Shown here: positions 37,579-51,500 of the stretch, in pieces | Numbering within the stretch: position 1 is the first letter of the stretch | How the letters are laid out: the number at the start of each line of letters is the position of its first letter | DNA from: Balanoglossus misakiensis | Lineage: Eukaryota > Animalia > Hemichordata | Length of the DNA: 64,000 nucleotides | NCBI GenBank assembly: GCA_040954595.2 | Contig: CM082578.2 | Coordinates: 6,061,519-6,125,518, forward strand | Reading direction: 5' to 3' | The notes under the pieces: generated by a model | What the model was told of the DNA's origin: nothing | Database searches by the model: none | What the model saw: only the letters and a program-made list of their open reading frames with translations | Translations under genes and position numbers: made by a program

Positions 37579-40500
37579 CGGTTTAGGATCAATGAGTTTT
37601 TGCCCATACATAGAATTGGCAAACACACATACAGATAGATACATAGATACAGACAGACCAACAGACAGACAGACAGACAAACAAACAAGTACATAAGTAC
37701 AGGAAATCCGATCTCCCTTCGATTTTATGGAGTTGCTTTTGACCGTGGCGTATTTCTTTCGCGACGCGGCTTACAATTATAAAGATGTGGAACATATGGC
37801 TGCAATTGTTTGAATCCTTCAATTAGCCTCTTTGAAAATTATAACTTATTCAGTTTCAGCAGCGAGGTGTTAAGTCATCCGAAGAAAAAGGCTATGAGTA
37901 CCATCAAACCAGGTGCTTAGTGAAATCAAGACATGCTTCTGATGGTGGCCCACAATGCGAAGGTGACACAGTTCTTAAACATTCTACGTTTTGAAGACCC
38001 CTCCTTAAGACCTCGACAAAATTACCGTCTATTCAAGGTGATATAAAGCCGAGTGTTGAGGGTACTGAAGCGTGCGGCGGGTGACGCTGGTGATGGGGGG
38101 GGGGGGTTCGTCTTCCCTCCTTAATAATTAGACCGCCTGTTGTTTTGTTTTCGATGAAGCGAAAATCAAAGACGTTTTAACGATGGATTAGCGGGATTCT
38201 CCGAAGCGAACGCGTGATTTTCTAAAGGCGGGACAAAATCAGCGTAGAACCTGAGGTATAGTTGGCTGCACATGATGGGTGTTTTCAACGCGGGGATCTG
38301 TCACCTTACACGGCGCTTACAGATGAACCCTTAGAAGAATTTGCGCTTCTCGCTGCTAAACGACAGAGAAACAACAACCCGAAGGACGATGGCGTCGCGG
38401 TTTCAGTGATTGCACGCGTGCCCGCCTTCTTGATATGGCCGTGAATTATCAGAAGATTTCTGGTGGAGGTAAAGCTAAAGGAACGGGACGTGTCGAATTG
38501 TTATTCGCCGACCACATTTTTAATGCATGTTCGTGCACCATCCAGGCTCTTACCCATGCGATTGGAGCTCATGCAACTCTGTAGATTTAAGCACAGTCCC
38601 TCAAGAAGGGGCTGCCTAAAGCAACTTGAACGTATATTAAAAAAATAAAGAGTCGTCGAACGCGTAAACCCGCAGTCAGATATGTAAATACAATAATAGC
38701 CCTTACTGTTGACCTATTGTAAGACAGAACTAGACGTATCATAATAGAAAAATAAAACTAAACCAGATACCTAATCCCATAGATGCTACTCTTCTCTGTG
38801 CCTTTAATCTGGTGTTAAATCAGCACACCTGTAGACATTTTTTTCGCGGAGGAACTAAACTTCTTCATTATAATACCCACTGATTTATGGGGTAATTTTA
38901 ACAACTGTAAAGAAATTCGAACGTTGGCAATATCATTTTAAATTGGCTATTTTCAAAATCAGTCCATGGTCCCCACATTAGTTCTTGTCGACTCTAAATT
39001 GAATGTTGATATGTACATTCTTTGTTTTCAGTTGAAATGTTTATCAAATTAACTTTAAGGTGGCCCTGATCTTGGTTGAACAGTTTTGTACATGTACTAT
39101 GAAATCTTGTGTGATTTGGTCAATCTCAAATTGTTCGGGTAACTCCCTTGTTGGAGTAATTGTTTTAGGAGAGTAGATTAACACACTAGGTGGCATAGTA
39201 TTAAGAGAGATTTAAGACATTAATATTGTTCCAGATTTGTACCCCTTGACGATCTTCAGAATAAAAACATTAAGAGTCTGGATCGTGGTTAAGACCAGAG
39301 GAGACGATGAGCTTAAATGACGTCAAAATTTCAAACGATTACACCGTGCAAACATACATCCCGTTGTTAATGACCGAAAGCTATCCCGAATCGAATATCA
39401 CACCCAGTGCAGTTAATCCACCAGTTTTTTTCTGGGGGATCGTTAGCAGGGTGCATTGTTTGAAAATCGTTACGATACAATTGTGATGAACTTCGGAGAC
39501 CAATGTTATATGGCCCAATGTTAGAAATAAACATGCATATGTCCCTTTGAAACACAGTACATTTTCCGAACCTGAATTTACTACTACTGTAATTTGCATA
39601 CTTATGCAGGTATCGGTGGTTTTGTTTGGTTCTGTCATACGGAGGTCTGATAAACATTAAAATTCAGGAGATGCTGTCACCACGTATAATTAGCTCTTAC
39701 ATGAATGTGGCGTTTGATCAAGTAAACAGTTTCCATAGTTCCCTTCATTTGGTAGAATTTCATATTTAAGCAACTCAACCGACTTCATAGTTTAATTATG
39801 ATTACCACAGATTTGACCAAGTCTGCATTTGTCAGTATTAACCGTACAAGCGGAGAAGAAACACAAGATTCACCGGTGACATGCATTTCAGCCACAGTGG
39901 ACAATGCATTACAACACCATGCATGCATTTTTGCATGGTTTGAAAAAATACAAAGACTTCTGTCGATCACCCTTCCACATTCGACAAATCCACTGCAAAT
40001 CAAATGATTTTAAGTCGCTGGTGAAAGGTTTTGACTGGACAGATATCAAATAGTGTGATACAAATTTAATCATGTTGAGTTTTGACATCGTCCTATGTCT
40101 TCCATTTGGCGACGTTGTTGAAACTGCATGACAAGAACCTATACACAGAAATCCCACGTTTCTATTTGGGTGAAAAGCGGCCATGCGAATCGCGTTACCT
40201 CACTGAAGTCAGGACAATACTGCCACAGCGTAGTACATAAGAGGGCCAACAGTCCGGCACCTTTCGCTTGAGCCCCCCCCCCCCTCCCGAGTTTCATTTC
40301 GCGCATTATATAGAGACTCTCATCAAACATTACTCACACAGTTTTGATGTATTAACCCAAGTCGAGCCTTCGAGCATCCTCAGTGAACCCCAAACAATTT
40401 CAGTTGACAGAATGTCTGTGCATGTCCGCTGTTTTGATGCCCGATTTCCGGATTTCAGACCATTGAATGGTTTTTGGATTTAGTAATGACTTCATACCCG

Positions 40501-42349
40501 AAGGGAATAGATTTAGTAAAATAAAGTTCCGCACTTTTAATTCCAAGAGAATATTCGTGCAATAGTTTTACTTGGAAGACTGTTGTGTTCACTGCGGTAC
40601 ACCCATTCTATCGCGTTGGCGGTTTTGATCTATTTTGACTCAAGTATTTATTGGATTGGGGCTGGTACGCTGAGTTGTTAAATAAATAATAAATATGCTT
40701 TAAAATAACTCTCCTTGTGTGTGAAGCACTCGATTTTTGTCGCGTCTATCGCCAACAGACTGTGTTTTGAAAGGCCGCGGCCTGTGCTCTCTCATGGACC
40801 CGCTCTTAACCCCGGCCAATTTCGAAGACGCCGCTTCGGAAGAGCTCTTCTGTAAACATATGGTAGTAGACGCTTTCCCACGACTGGCTGTATAGTTGCC
40901 AGAAACGCACCTTCACAATGACTGGTGGGGGAACGGGGTAGCGACATGGGTTGTTTTGGTAATTATTGTGCATTATTGGTTTCCCCCATTCAGGGGGGTT
41001 TGTCAGTGCGCCACCAGGTTAGCCCGGGTGATAGATTGGTGCAGAAACGTTAACAGTTTACAGACAACGGCGATTTCAAATTGAGCCGGGGTAATGAATG
41101 ATCGGCCGAGAAAACGAAAAATTAATTTGTCATTCTTGAGGCTAAACTGCAGTATTTAAAGCGGAGCTTTGGGAACAAATTGCGATGTCTCTTATCCATG
41201 TGTATCTCCGTGGGGTAACGTGAGAGTGAACGCTGAAAAATGCCACTTAAAGACCATTAGAGGTGTTAAAGTTACAAAGTTAGTGCAGTGAAAGCCTTTA
41301 ATGCGGCCCTCCAATAAATCAATTCACATTAGGAATTTGGACAGCGAAAGTTGTTACTCTTACTTCGGCACGCGTTGGTCGTACGCGGCGTCGTCTGTCG
41401 GTGGCGTATTCTGACGCTGGGACCGCGCTCACTTCGTATATCGTAATCCTCGTCGACGAGACGGGGATATATGAGTGGATTAGAAAGAAAGGAAGAAAAA
41501 GAGGAAAATTAACAAAAAAAAACTATGACTTGTAACAGTCTGCTGGAGACAGACGGAACATGTGTGAGTTAAAATGCATGCCCCCCTGCACTCTCTCGCG
41601 TCCCAACACCTGAGCCAGCTCGAACAACAAGAAAAGAAAGAAAAGTTGAACTCTTTGCGATGGAAAAGCAGTTCACTACTCCTTTCTCACGTTAGTTGCA
41701 TTTTAAGGAACCCGTCCTTTGCACTTGGGAAATCCGGCGGGACCCGGAAGTACTACCCTCAGACGAGATCAGCGATTGCACACAGGAGTCGGATAAGCTT
41801 AACCGTTTTCTGTTAGAAATAAAAGAATTTTTTTCAAATAAACTGCAGAAAAAATCGGATTGAAGGGCAATGGAGAAGATTATATATTTTTTATTATTCC
41901 CACAAGTGATGATAAAAATTGAAAAATACAATACATCGAGTATACAACAATTTCACCAATCGCACACGTTGATCGAGACATTGATTGAAGGTTGGCCTCG
42001 GGCTTTGCTCGATGTTTCTGTCGGGGCGGCTAGAACAATACAATTGATTTCGATAGAACAAAATAGTTTATCCCTGTACTGTGAATCGCATGCATTAATT
42101 TCGTTTAGGCTTGTGTGTGTGTGTGTCTGTTTGGATCATGACACTGGGAAACTTACAGGAAAACATTGCATTGAGAATGCTCAACGCGCTATGGCAGCTG
42201 TATTCACCCGCAACCTAAACATGTATTATTAAAGCCAAAAGTCACATAATGAAGGCTGAGCGTGGAAACACATTATTGGTTCCGTTCATAAAAGTATGAA
42301 AAGTGCTTGATGACTGTTTCGCCACTACTCCGGATATCCGCCGAAGCTC

Positions 42350-42551
42350 CTTATTGGGCATGCGCCGTGGAGCGTTTAAAAGGTGCCGTAAGATCGGGGG
42401 TGCAGGTGCTTCGCCTCTTAATCGCGCGTATCACTTGAACGCACACATTTGAGGTCTGTTCGGCTTGGGAGGATCAGTGAAGCTACACCGACTCTTGCTG
42501 CCCACTTCTGGACGCACTCCCCGTGAAGAAAGTCGTTCCTTTAGTAAAAAG
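42350..42551 (+). promoter_or_regulatory. Candidate Poxn promoter and non-coding first exon
   Basis: Reverse CCAAT (ATTGG, about 42354), TATA-like TTTAAAA (about 42375), then a strong donor AAG|GTACGT at 42551/42552. The ATG exon at 45567 has an acceptor, so an upstream exon is expected. Speculative. Confidence 0.3.
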
Positions 42552-45500
42552 GTACGTACCCGTCATGTTTACGCATCTTTTGTTCACTCTCCACTGCCTT
42601 CGCGAAGAGAGAGAAAAAAAACAATCGCTCCGCCACGAGAATTCGCCATTCGTGTCAACTAGACTATAACAGTTCTTAACATCGTGATTTTTTTTACACC
42701 CAAACGCATTGAATCCTGCGAAGTTTTGGAGGCTACGGCCGTTGTCTGTTCTGAGAATGTAAACATTTCTGGTGATTGGAACAACTTTTAACGATTCCGT
42801 CACGTTTCAAGGGGCACGATGAATTCGCACACTTCGTATTGTGGTCGTTCTTTTTCTCTCTCGGCCAAATATCAATACACACACACAAAAAGTACTAAAA
42901 GACGTGGGCAGTTCGGAGTAATCCTGCTGATTTATTACAAACGTGACCATAACGCACGGGTCCACTATACCAAATATCGCGTGGTGACAAAACTGAAAAT
43001 CCACCGGCGGTAAATTTTATATGTCGCAACTTACATGTAAGTGTGAAAAGATGGTGTCCCGTACGTCGCTTTCTCGTTGGGGAAAAATAAAACTGTCGCA
43101 AGTATCTTGTATGGGCGAAATCCGACCGTGCGAGACTGCGTTAAACGTTATGGTGGAGGACGATTGTGACTGACCATAACCAAGGTCCAGATGTCAAGAA
43201 CGCATTTCCCGTATATTCTGAATATCTAAGTACATCGGGTCAATATTCATGAATTTCCATTTCAGAATTGTTAAAAAATATATATACCCAGCGAGCTTGA
43301 GTCCTTTTCATGCTAAAAAAAATATTGCATCACTGTCATCATAGACACGATCTAAAACTTTGATCCCCTCCCTGGTCGGTTGTGTATAAGCGCTTTCCAA
43401 ATAGAGACACGTTCATTGCACATTTAGTCCGCCGGTGTTTCTCTGTGAGATGATTAAATTAGATGTTGTTTAGTTTGTTTTTAGTTGCCCCCAGTATACG
43501 CCGGACCGACAAGTTTCCGTATCTTCCGATCTATCTGTGTAATTCCACGGTGATGTCTCAATGGCGGCGGCGATAACGGCAGCAGAAGAATAGGTCCAAA
43601 TGTCACTGATAACGCAATGAATAATGATGAGGCGACTTGGCATTCTCTGTGTTTTTTAATCAGCTTGTTGTTGTCAATTCGCTCCATAGAAATGGAAATG
43701 GACATCATCTTGGCACGTGCCATTTACATAAATTAATACAACAAACGCCCGTTGACGCGTTTTCACCTTCTTCTTCGCCCATAAATGACACCGGGGATGC
43801 TGGCCAGATAATGATCACCGTTAATGTCATGGTAATTTGAGGCGCGACCGCCGCGCCAGAGCCGAAGGTTGCATTCTCCGCAACCGAAGAACGTTTTTTG
43901 GAAAACACGTATAAAAACGAGATAATGCACTTGCTTTTTTATAGAGAAAGCAGTATGGTGAGGGTAGCAAAGCGCTGTTGGTTGTTTTGTCTTCCGACGG
44001 AACTTCCATGTTGTCTTCCCTTCTGAACAGTCACCCGTTCGGTTTGTTTAGACGTGGTCACTACGCCTAAGTTACTAAGTATAGCATGCAATGTTCCCGA
44101 ACAAAGTCAGCAAATTGACCCCTCCCAGCAAATACGAGCATCTCTGAAAATACAATGCCTTGTCAGCAACAAATCTGGTGACCCCAGCCCCCCCCCCCTC
44201 CTCCCCCTCCCCCAAACAACTTGAAGTCTTCAGGATTCACCGGCGTTTAAAGCGCCGTGCAGTTGACAGAAGAACTGTTGCTAAGTAAAGGCGCCCCCCT
44301 CCCCCCTTATTATGCGTTACACACAATTTGGCAAATGTAATGTCCCATCCGGACGAGCCATTAGTTCAAAAGGACCACTTTCTATCTTAAGTTCCTATTA
44401 GTGGCCAACAAGCTCATTTGGCGTTAATAAACGCTCGGGCCCCAGCTCTTGGCTCCATCGGAGAGGAAGTGGTCGTCTCATCTGTAGAACACCGGCGGTG
44501 CAGCTGCAATTCTGCCGGCACTTGTCGAGAAACAACGAAGGAGGAAAAGAGGATTGTATTGATGCCAAGTTATTAGTTTTTTTGGGCTACGCAGTTTTTA
44601 CTACAGAATGAAGGTCGGCTGAGCATGTAAAGATTTTCCCCTTTTCAATTTGAAGTTCAAACTTCACCGTCCAGCTGAACTCCTTTTGAGGGAAAAGTCG
44701 AAGGATGCCTGACTAGGATTTCATGATGATCGTGCAAAACCTTGCATCATCAGTAATCTGTCCGAACTGTAGTACATCCCCATGTGTTGTGTTATTTCAT
44801 ATAATGAGGATTTGTTCTCCATTTTGCAGCAGTTTCGGGCCTTACTATTAGGTGCCGGTTGTCATAAGGGAGAAATGAACTCTACTTAAGGCTGAAAGGT
44901 GTAAATTTCACATGCGAGGCCTGTAGCATAGACAGAAGTCTCATAAGGAAGTTTCACTTGTTGAGTAACATAGGATGGGTGTTTTAACCGTAACACATGT
45001 TTAACGTTTGGGAAAGGGAAGAATATATATGGAAAAGTAAAGGAATAATCAAGAAAAATAACAAAGTGTGCGACTTTAATTCATTGTATTAGACAGCGTT
45101 TAGCGGATCGGAAGAATCATGCGTTAGAACTGGGTCATCTGTGAAGCGTTTTATTACCTTACCAAATCTGGTTGACGTGACAGGCTACGCCATGTTAAAC
45201 TCCTTTCATATTCATGAAATATGACATTACACGATTCCTTTGGGCATGGATGACCGAGTCTGAAATTTGGTCATATTTTTATCATAACATCACTAATGTT
45301 ATCTTCGTCTCATTGAAGCGTAGTTTAGTCGCGGAAGAATTTCTCCGTAATTTTCCGCAAAGCCGCCAGCAACGCTATTATTGACGGACCATAGTACTGG
45401 GCATGCCGAACACGACCTCGATTGTGGTTGCAGGCGAATACAAATAATTCGTTTTCATAAAACAAAAATGTGAAATAATATTGCTATCCGTACTTGTCGC

Positions 45501-45588
45501 ACAATTAACAAAATGTCGTTGAATTCAAGTCTTATTAATAATGAATTTTGTATTTATTTTCTTCAGGTAGTCATCCGCCGAAGAAACT

Positions 45589-48500
45589 ATGCCTCACACA
45601 GGTAAGAGAGCCGGTCGGCAAAACTGTCGCTTTCAGTAGAATAGTGAGTGTGAAGACTCTGCCAGAGAGGGCGTAAGGCAAAACTTGTGTGTACAGTGTA
45701 TAGCGCTGGTATACCCCACGGCTACAGCCGACAGCCCTGAGATGGGAATGGAAATTATTGCTGGTATATTAAATTAAACAGTTTTTATCGGTGTGCGTTG
45801 TGCCAGCATTTGCTAACTTACACTTAACTGATGATGGGAACGGGCGACCATGACCACTGCATGGCCCCTCAACTCCGTTGTATGGGGCCGGGCGACGTAA
45901 AGCTGAAAACAAGGCTTGCCGATTTCTTCTGGTTGCTCTGCGGCCCCTCATCAAAACACCCGGGGTATACCGCTCGGTAGAGCCGCAAATCGCGAGATTG
46001 GGTTTCGACTGAACCTACGCTATCGAAAGTTATCACTCAAGCTCAGAACTGGCGCTGAAACTGTGCGGGAACCTTGAACAGCGCGGCGTGGGTGAGGTTC
46101 TGATCGTCACATTCTTACATGTGATGGGGAGAAATATTGAATCACGCCGACTCCTCACCGTTAACACATTCACTAGTATTATTTCACAAACGGCAATTGT
46201 CGGACCGTCGACCCAGTGAAGCGCTTCGAAAAGCCCTGGAGTGAGAAAGGGAGTCGGCCGAAAGGTGTGAAGTGTAAAGTCCTCGATAGTGTGTCCGACA
46301 TACGACGATATAATTGGTCGAACAATAAACGCGATAGCAGGACATTTGTGTCTCGAGGGGTGAAAGTTGCGTGATGGTTTCCCGCTCGAAATCAGAGTCA
46401 GCCTTCAATTTGCCACCCGAGATTTAAAATTTATCATTTGCTCGGTTCAAGTTGAAGCTATAAAAGTATAGAGATACAATAAATGTCGTTCGCGCATCAG
46501 AAACTCTACGCGTACATAGTTCTTTTGAAATGTTTACCAATATTGTGCTTACATGAAGTTTCTTTAAATTGTCACGAACGAAATAACTGATTTAGTGGCA
46601 ACATTAAATATCGCCCGGCCGAAATCATCGGTACGCATAATTCATAGTTGGAGGCATCTTTGCAATGAATGTGCAATTTACAGTTTGTTATACGTGGCCG
46701 GTGTGTATTTATGTCTGGCAAGAGACCGATCGTATGGTCTCCAAGCAGTTCTGTTTTCTCGAGCGAACGCTATTTTTCTCCGTGGTTGATGTGTCTGTCC
46801 GCTTGTCGTTCTCAAAGTGATCTGCAGCAGAACTACAGATGGCCGCGCGCGGAGAGCGAATGTCTGTCGTGTTCGAGTCGGATATGGCGATTTGCATGGC
46901 GTACGACCTCCGAAATCTCGTTAACGACAGGGTTGTCGACTTATTGTCAAACATGATGAACCTCTCGTTCCTCGCTCCTGCGCTGATTTCATGCGACGTG
47001 GCAAAGATAACGACGCGAAAACCCTTCCGAGTTGGCAGAATGCTGCATGGCCTGCGCTCAGTGTAGTGACAGATTTTTCGAACCACCAAGTTTAGCCCGA
47101 GGCGATCTCTCAGCTCAATTAATGTAATGCGCAGGTCCCCCAGCTTCAGAGACTTAACAAGTTTGTGTTTTTTTTCTTTAAAAAAAGAAAAACTATAGTT
47201 ATTGGATTTTGTTAAGTGATCATAGCTGGCGGGCGATTTCTCTGGAGCAACCATATCATACTTTTTGTCAGCGAGATTGATATCGTGTATGTTGTTCCGA
47301 CGTATATCGCGAATCAGATACGATCAGATAAGCGTCGTCCGACAAAAACGAAAGACTAAGGTGCTCATGTAGTAGTGACAATTGAGAACGATATCATTCT
47401 ATTCGTGGACAACTCCGAACAAAACAAATAGAGAGTTAGTCTAAACAAAGACAAATTTCACAAAAGATTTATTGCACCGTTTGTTGTGCTATTAGCATGC
47501 AGAGCACTGGCCGATCTGCAGTAATGCGTTCCATTGCGAATGGCGTTGGACTTTTTTTTTACAAGGCAGCTTATGGTAATTGACGGCAAACCGCAAAACA
47601 ACATTTGAGGCGGGCTTTTGTTTCTTCGGGGCAGCTGGTTGCCTTCGGTTAACACTTTTTTACAAGAATTAGTTGCACGGAAAGTAAACGACAACTTTTC
47701 GCACCACCATCTCTGTCTGCGTATAAATTCGTCTATCGGTTTTTAACAAAATATCTTTCCCTCCTCTCTCTCCTCCTCTCTTCCGCCATGCTGTGGATAG
47801 GACAAGCCGGAGTCAACCAGCTAGGGGGCGTGTTCGTGAACGGCCGACCATTGCCAGATTTCGTCCGTGCCCGCATCGTTGAATTGGCGCATCTCGGCGT
47901 TCGACCGTGTGATATATCCAGGCAGTTGTTGGTCTCACATGGCTGCGTCAGCAAGATCCTGACCCGATACTACGAGACTGGCTCCATCCGTCCCGGAAAC
48001 ATCGGTGGAAGCAAGCCAAAGGTACGTCAAAAAATCTCTTCCGTTAGCTCAGTATAAATCAGTCTTTTCTCTAAAAATTAACGAGTAATATTAAATTACA
48101 TAATTTAATATGATGACGCTAGAAGAGAAACGTGTATTTTCAATTAAAACTTCGATTTCAATATTACTATATAAACAGGTACAAATATCTGTATCTCGCT
48201 TTCTGCCGTGTTTTTAGTGTCCATTCTCGGTACGTGTCCTTTTTCCCTTTTTGTCTATGGGATGCGGTAATATATTTTTTCTTTCAATATTTTTGCGTTC
48301 ATCCCGAAATAAAGTCAAATTAAGTATTGATGATACAACATGACAAGGTCACTCCACAAATTGACCATATATCCGCGGTGAACGATATGTGTCTTCATAT
48401 CGGAGTGGACGAATATTGGGATCCGTGATTGGGGGGGGGGGGGTCATTTAAAACACTAGTAAATGTGGGAGGGTGCGTTTATCAGATAATCCACGACAAA

Positions 48501-51500
48501 AGAGTGAGGCAACGAGTTGCTGAGGAGCAAACTGTATTGACTTTGGTCGCAAACTAAGCTGACATCATTTTTTTAAAAGAGTGGATTCCCAGAACAGTCA
48601 TGGGAGCGTTGCATGATCATAGACATCCAATCTCCGAACCCTTGACTCAATTACGGCTGTCACTCGTCTGAACATATACTACCGACATGAGTTAATTTTT
48701 AGTCACCATGCCGACAATTACATGCGTTCGATATAGGCTTCAAAATCATCATGGGGCCAGAAATCAGGTTATCTCCATGAGTTTTTGTGAATCATGGAAA
48801 TACAGAGGCATTCCAAACCCAACCATTTGCCTATTGCACTTCTATTAAAACACACAATGTGTAATTCTACGTTTTAAAGGTTGCCACGCCGCTTGTTGTG
48901 AAGAAGATACTTCAATACAAACAAGAGAACCCGTCCATCTTTGCCTGGGAAATCCGCGACAAGCTCCTGCAAGACCGGGTCTGTGATGAAAACACCATCC
49001 CCAGTGTTAGCTCCATCAACCGGATATTGCGTAACACCACGAATAGCATAGCCGACAACGTGAGCAATATATTCATGATTTTTCCCCCATTCTATAATTC
49101 AACATATTTCCTGTTTCGCTCGCGTGCTTGCAAGGCTATAGCCGTGACTCATGAAACGACTTCATGGATAAATTCATGGCAGTCACGCGTGTAATCATCG
49201 CTAACAGAGCGAATCATGGAGCGAAAGCGACCTTGTCATGTCGATATCCCACGTCAATATCCCTAATCAATCAATCAATCAATTAATTAATTAATCAATC
49301 AATCAATTAATACAACTACCATGTTACTTTCTCGAATTAACCACGGTTGAAGATGAATATATTCACGTGATCTTGTGACTTAATAATGTTTTATTTACCC
49401 AAGTATTGAAGTGTGCACGGTGCGAAAATAATTACAACACTGTTTGCCTTATGATGTTATATATCACCATAAATAGCTAGATATTTAATTTATGGGTGTT
49501 TTCAATTTAATTCAAGTAATGAGTATTTGGCGCAGCCCCCCAACTGTGGTGTTCGCACCACTGCATGTGATACTGGGCAAACATACACGCAAATATTTAT
49601 AGCAAAACATCTTGTGTTGTCTAAATCATTATCGACTCATTAACCATGGTTGGTGTCTTCGCCCAGCTTTTGCCTGGAAATGTTTATTAAAAAGGTTGCC
49701 TTTTTATCAATCCCGTATAGGATTTAATCCACAACCAGCTACCAGTTCCCTCGCTACCTGCACCGACCCCACAGAAAGCGACCCTCGACTCGATTCCGAC
49801 CATGCTGCGACTGAACGTCAGCCGATCACACTCCATCGAGGACATCCTGAACCAACAGGCGGCCTCCACGGCCGGGATACTGTCCGGCAACGCCATGGCT
49901 CTCCCCCAGATGACGTCGTTGGCTTCGGCCTCCTCCATCTCCACCAACTGCAGCATGGAGGACAAACGAACGACCGGTGACTGTCTCAAGAGGAAGCGAC
50001 CCCCGGGCGAACAGGAGTGGCACAGCGCTGCGGGCAAAGGTAAAATTCCACGTTTACTTTTTTACCTTACGGTGTTCTTTTGCGACTGAAGTGGGGAGGA
50101 CGAGAAGTTCGTAGAGGCAAGTTATTAAGTATTCCTCGCCGTTCTGGCCGGTCACTGGCGAATGCGAAACCACTGGTCACATATACTAAAATGTTCCCAA
50201 TTTGCCCAGTCACATATTCTAAGAACGGAACGTGGCAGAGCCCGCGATCGAATACAAAATATCGCACAGATCTCCAAATATCAACTACGATTGTTTAACC
50301 TAATTAAAATCTTTAATTAATATCTCAAAATTGCCAATACGTCATTCTATTGTGTACTCAATCAGCGCAACTCCTATGAGAGTTAGCGTCAGTTACGTAG
50401 CAGAAACTCGGATCGAAATCGCTTTATATTACGCTGTCGCCTCCAAACAAAAGTTTCGCCCACTGAACGGTTACGCACACTTTATTATGAACTTCGTTGT
50501 CCACAGTAAATTAGTCTAGTTGCGTTGTTAAGTTGTCACACTGCTTAATTGGGGCTTTACATCTCGCCCCGGAGTTGAGAAACCCTGCCTTCGTACGTCA
50601 CCGTGACGGGCACGGCTGAGCGCGCGGTCGGATCGAAGAGCACGGACTCACTGCGGGGAAAATCAACAAAAAACGATATCACCGCACTGTCGTTTACACA
50701 ATGAATACATAATCGAGAGATTCGACAGATTCGTTGATAAAAGCACATTTCACTGAGAATGAGACGGATTTGTATTTTAGATAATTGCGGCGGTGGTATA
50801 TAAAGTCACAACAGTGGTGGTGAAAACGAGACCTCTAAGCCGTCCGAATTAATCCAACGCCGACGGAGATAACGCAAGGCGTGAACAAAGTCGGCGGCTA
50901 TAATCTATCCCACCACGCGAATGAAAAATGAAAATTCAAAAGCTACTCAAAACGGTAATGAATTTCCCGCGATGTTTATGACTTCAGATAGGAATAATAC
51001 CTGAAGGTCCGATTAGACATCAGAATAAAAGTATAGATAGACAGCCTAGGGCCTTTGAGTTTCTATCGCACAGTCTAAGCAGGTGGGTTATCAAAAAAGT
51101 GGTGTTATGTTCCGTTGCTGTCCGTCAAAAAAAATAACAGGCGATAGTTAAGTTGCTGGTTGTTCTATCTACCCCAATAAAACATAGATTTTGTATGAAC
51201 ATTAAACCTTATAGTATACCCTCTTTTATAAATGCGCCTCCTCCGACTTTTTGCTTATTTAATAACACAAAATCTCCTTTTTTGCGATCGTCGCCCTGAG
51301 ATATTCCCCGGAAGCCGGGTGCAGGTGGCACGCAGTAATCTCGCGATAACCGGTTCTGACAATAATTATGCGGTTTGACTAGCCGGTTTTATCATCGCAC
51401 TATTACAAAGATAAACAGCACTTCACGTCAATTTGTTAAATCTTATCAAAATTGACTTTTTATTCACCGTTTACAAAGTGCGTAAGGCTGTCCCAGTAAA

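Noticed and set aside
45961-46016. tRNA-like A/B box pattern (GGGGTATACCGCTCGGTAGAGC...GGTTTCGACT)
   Set aside because: Too short and degenerate to fold as a cloverleaf; at most a decayed SINE head.
46709-47254. 181-aa minus-strand ORF in a Poxn intron
   Set aside because: No recognisable domain, codon bias or supporting splice structure; likely a chance ORF.
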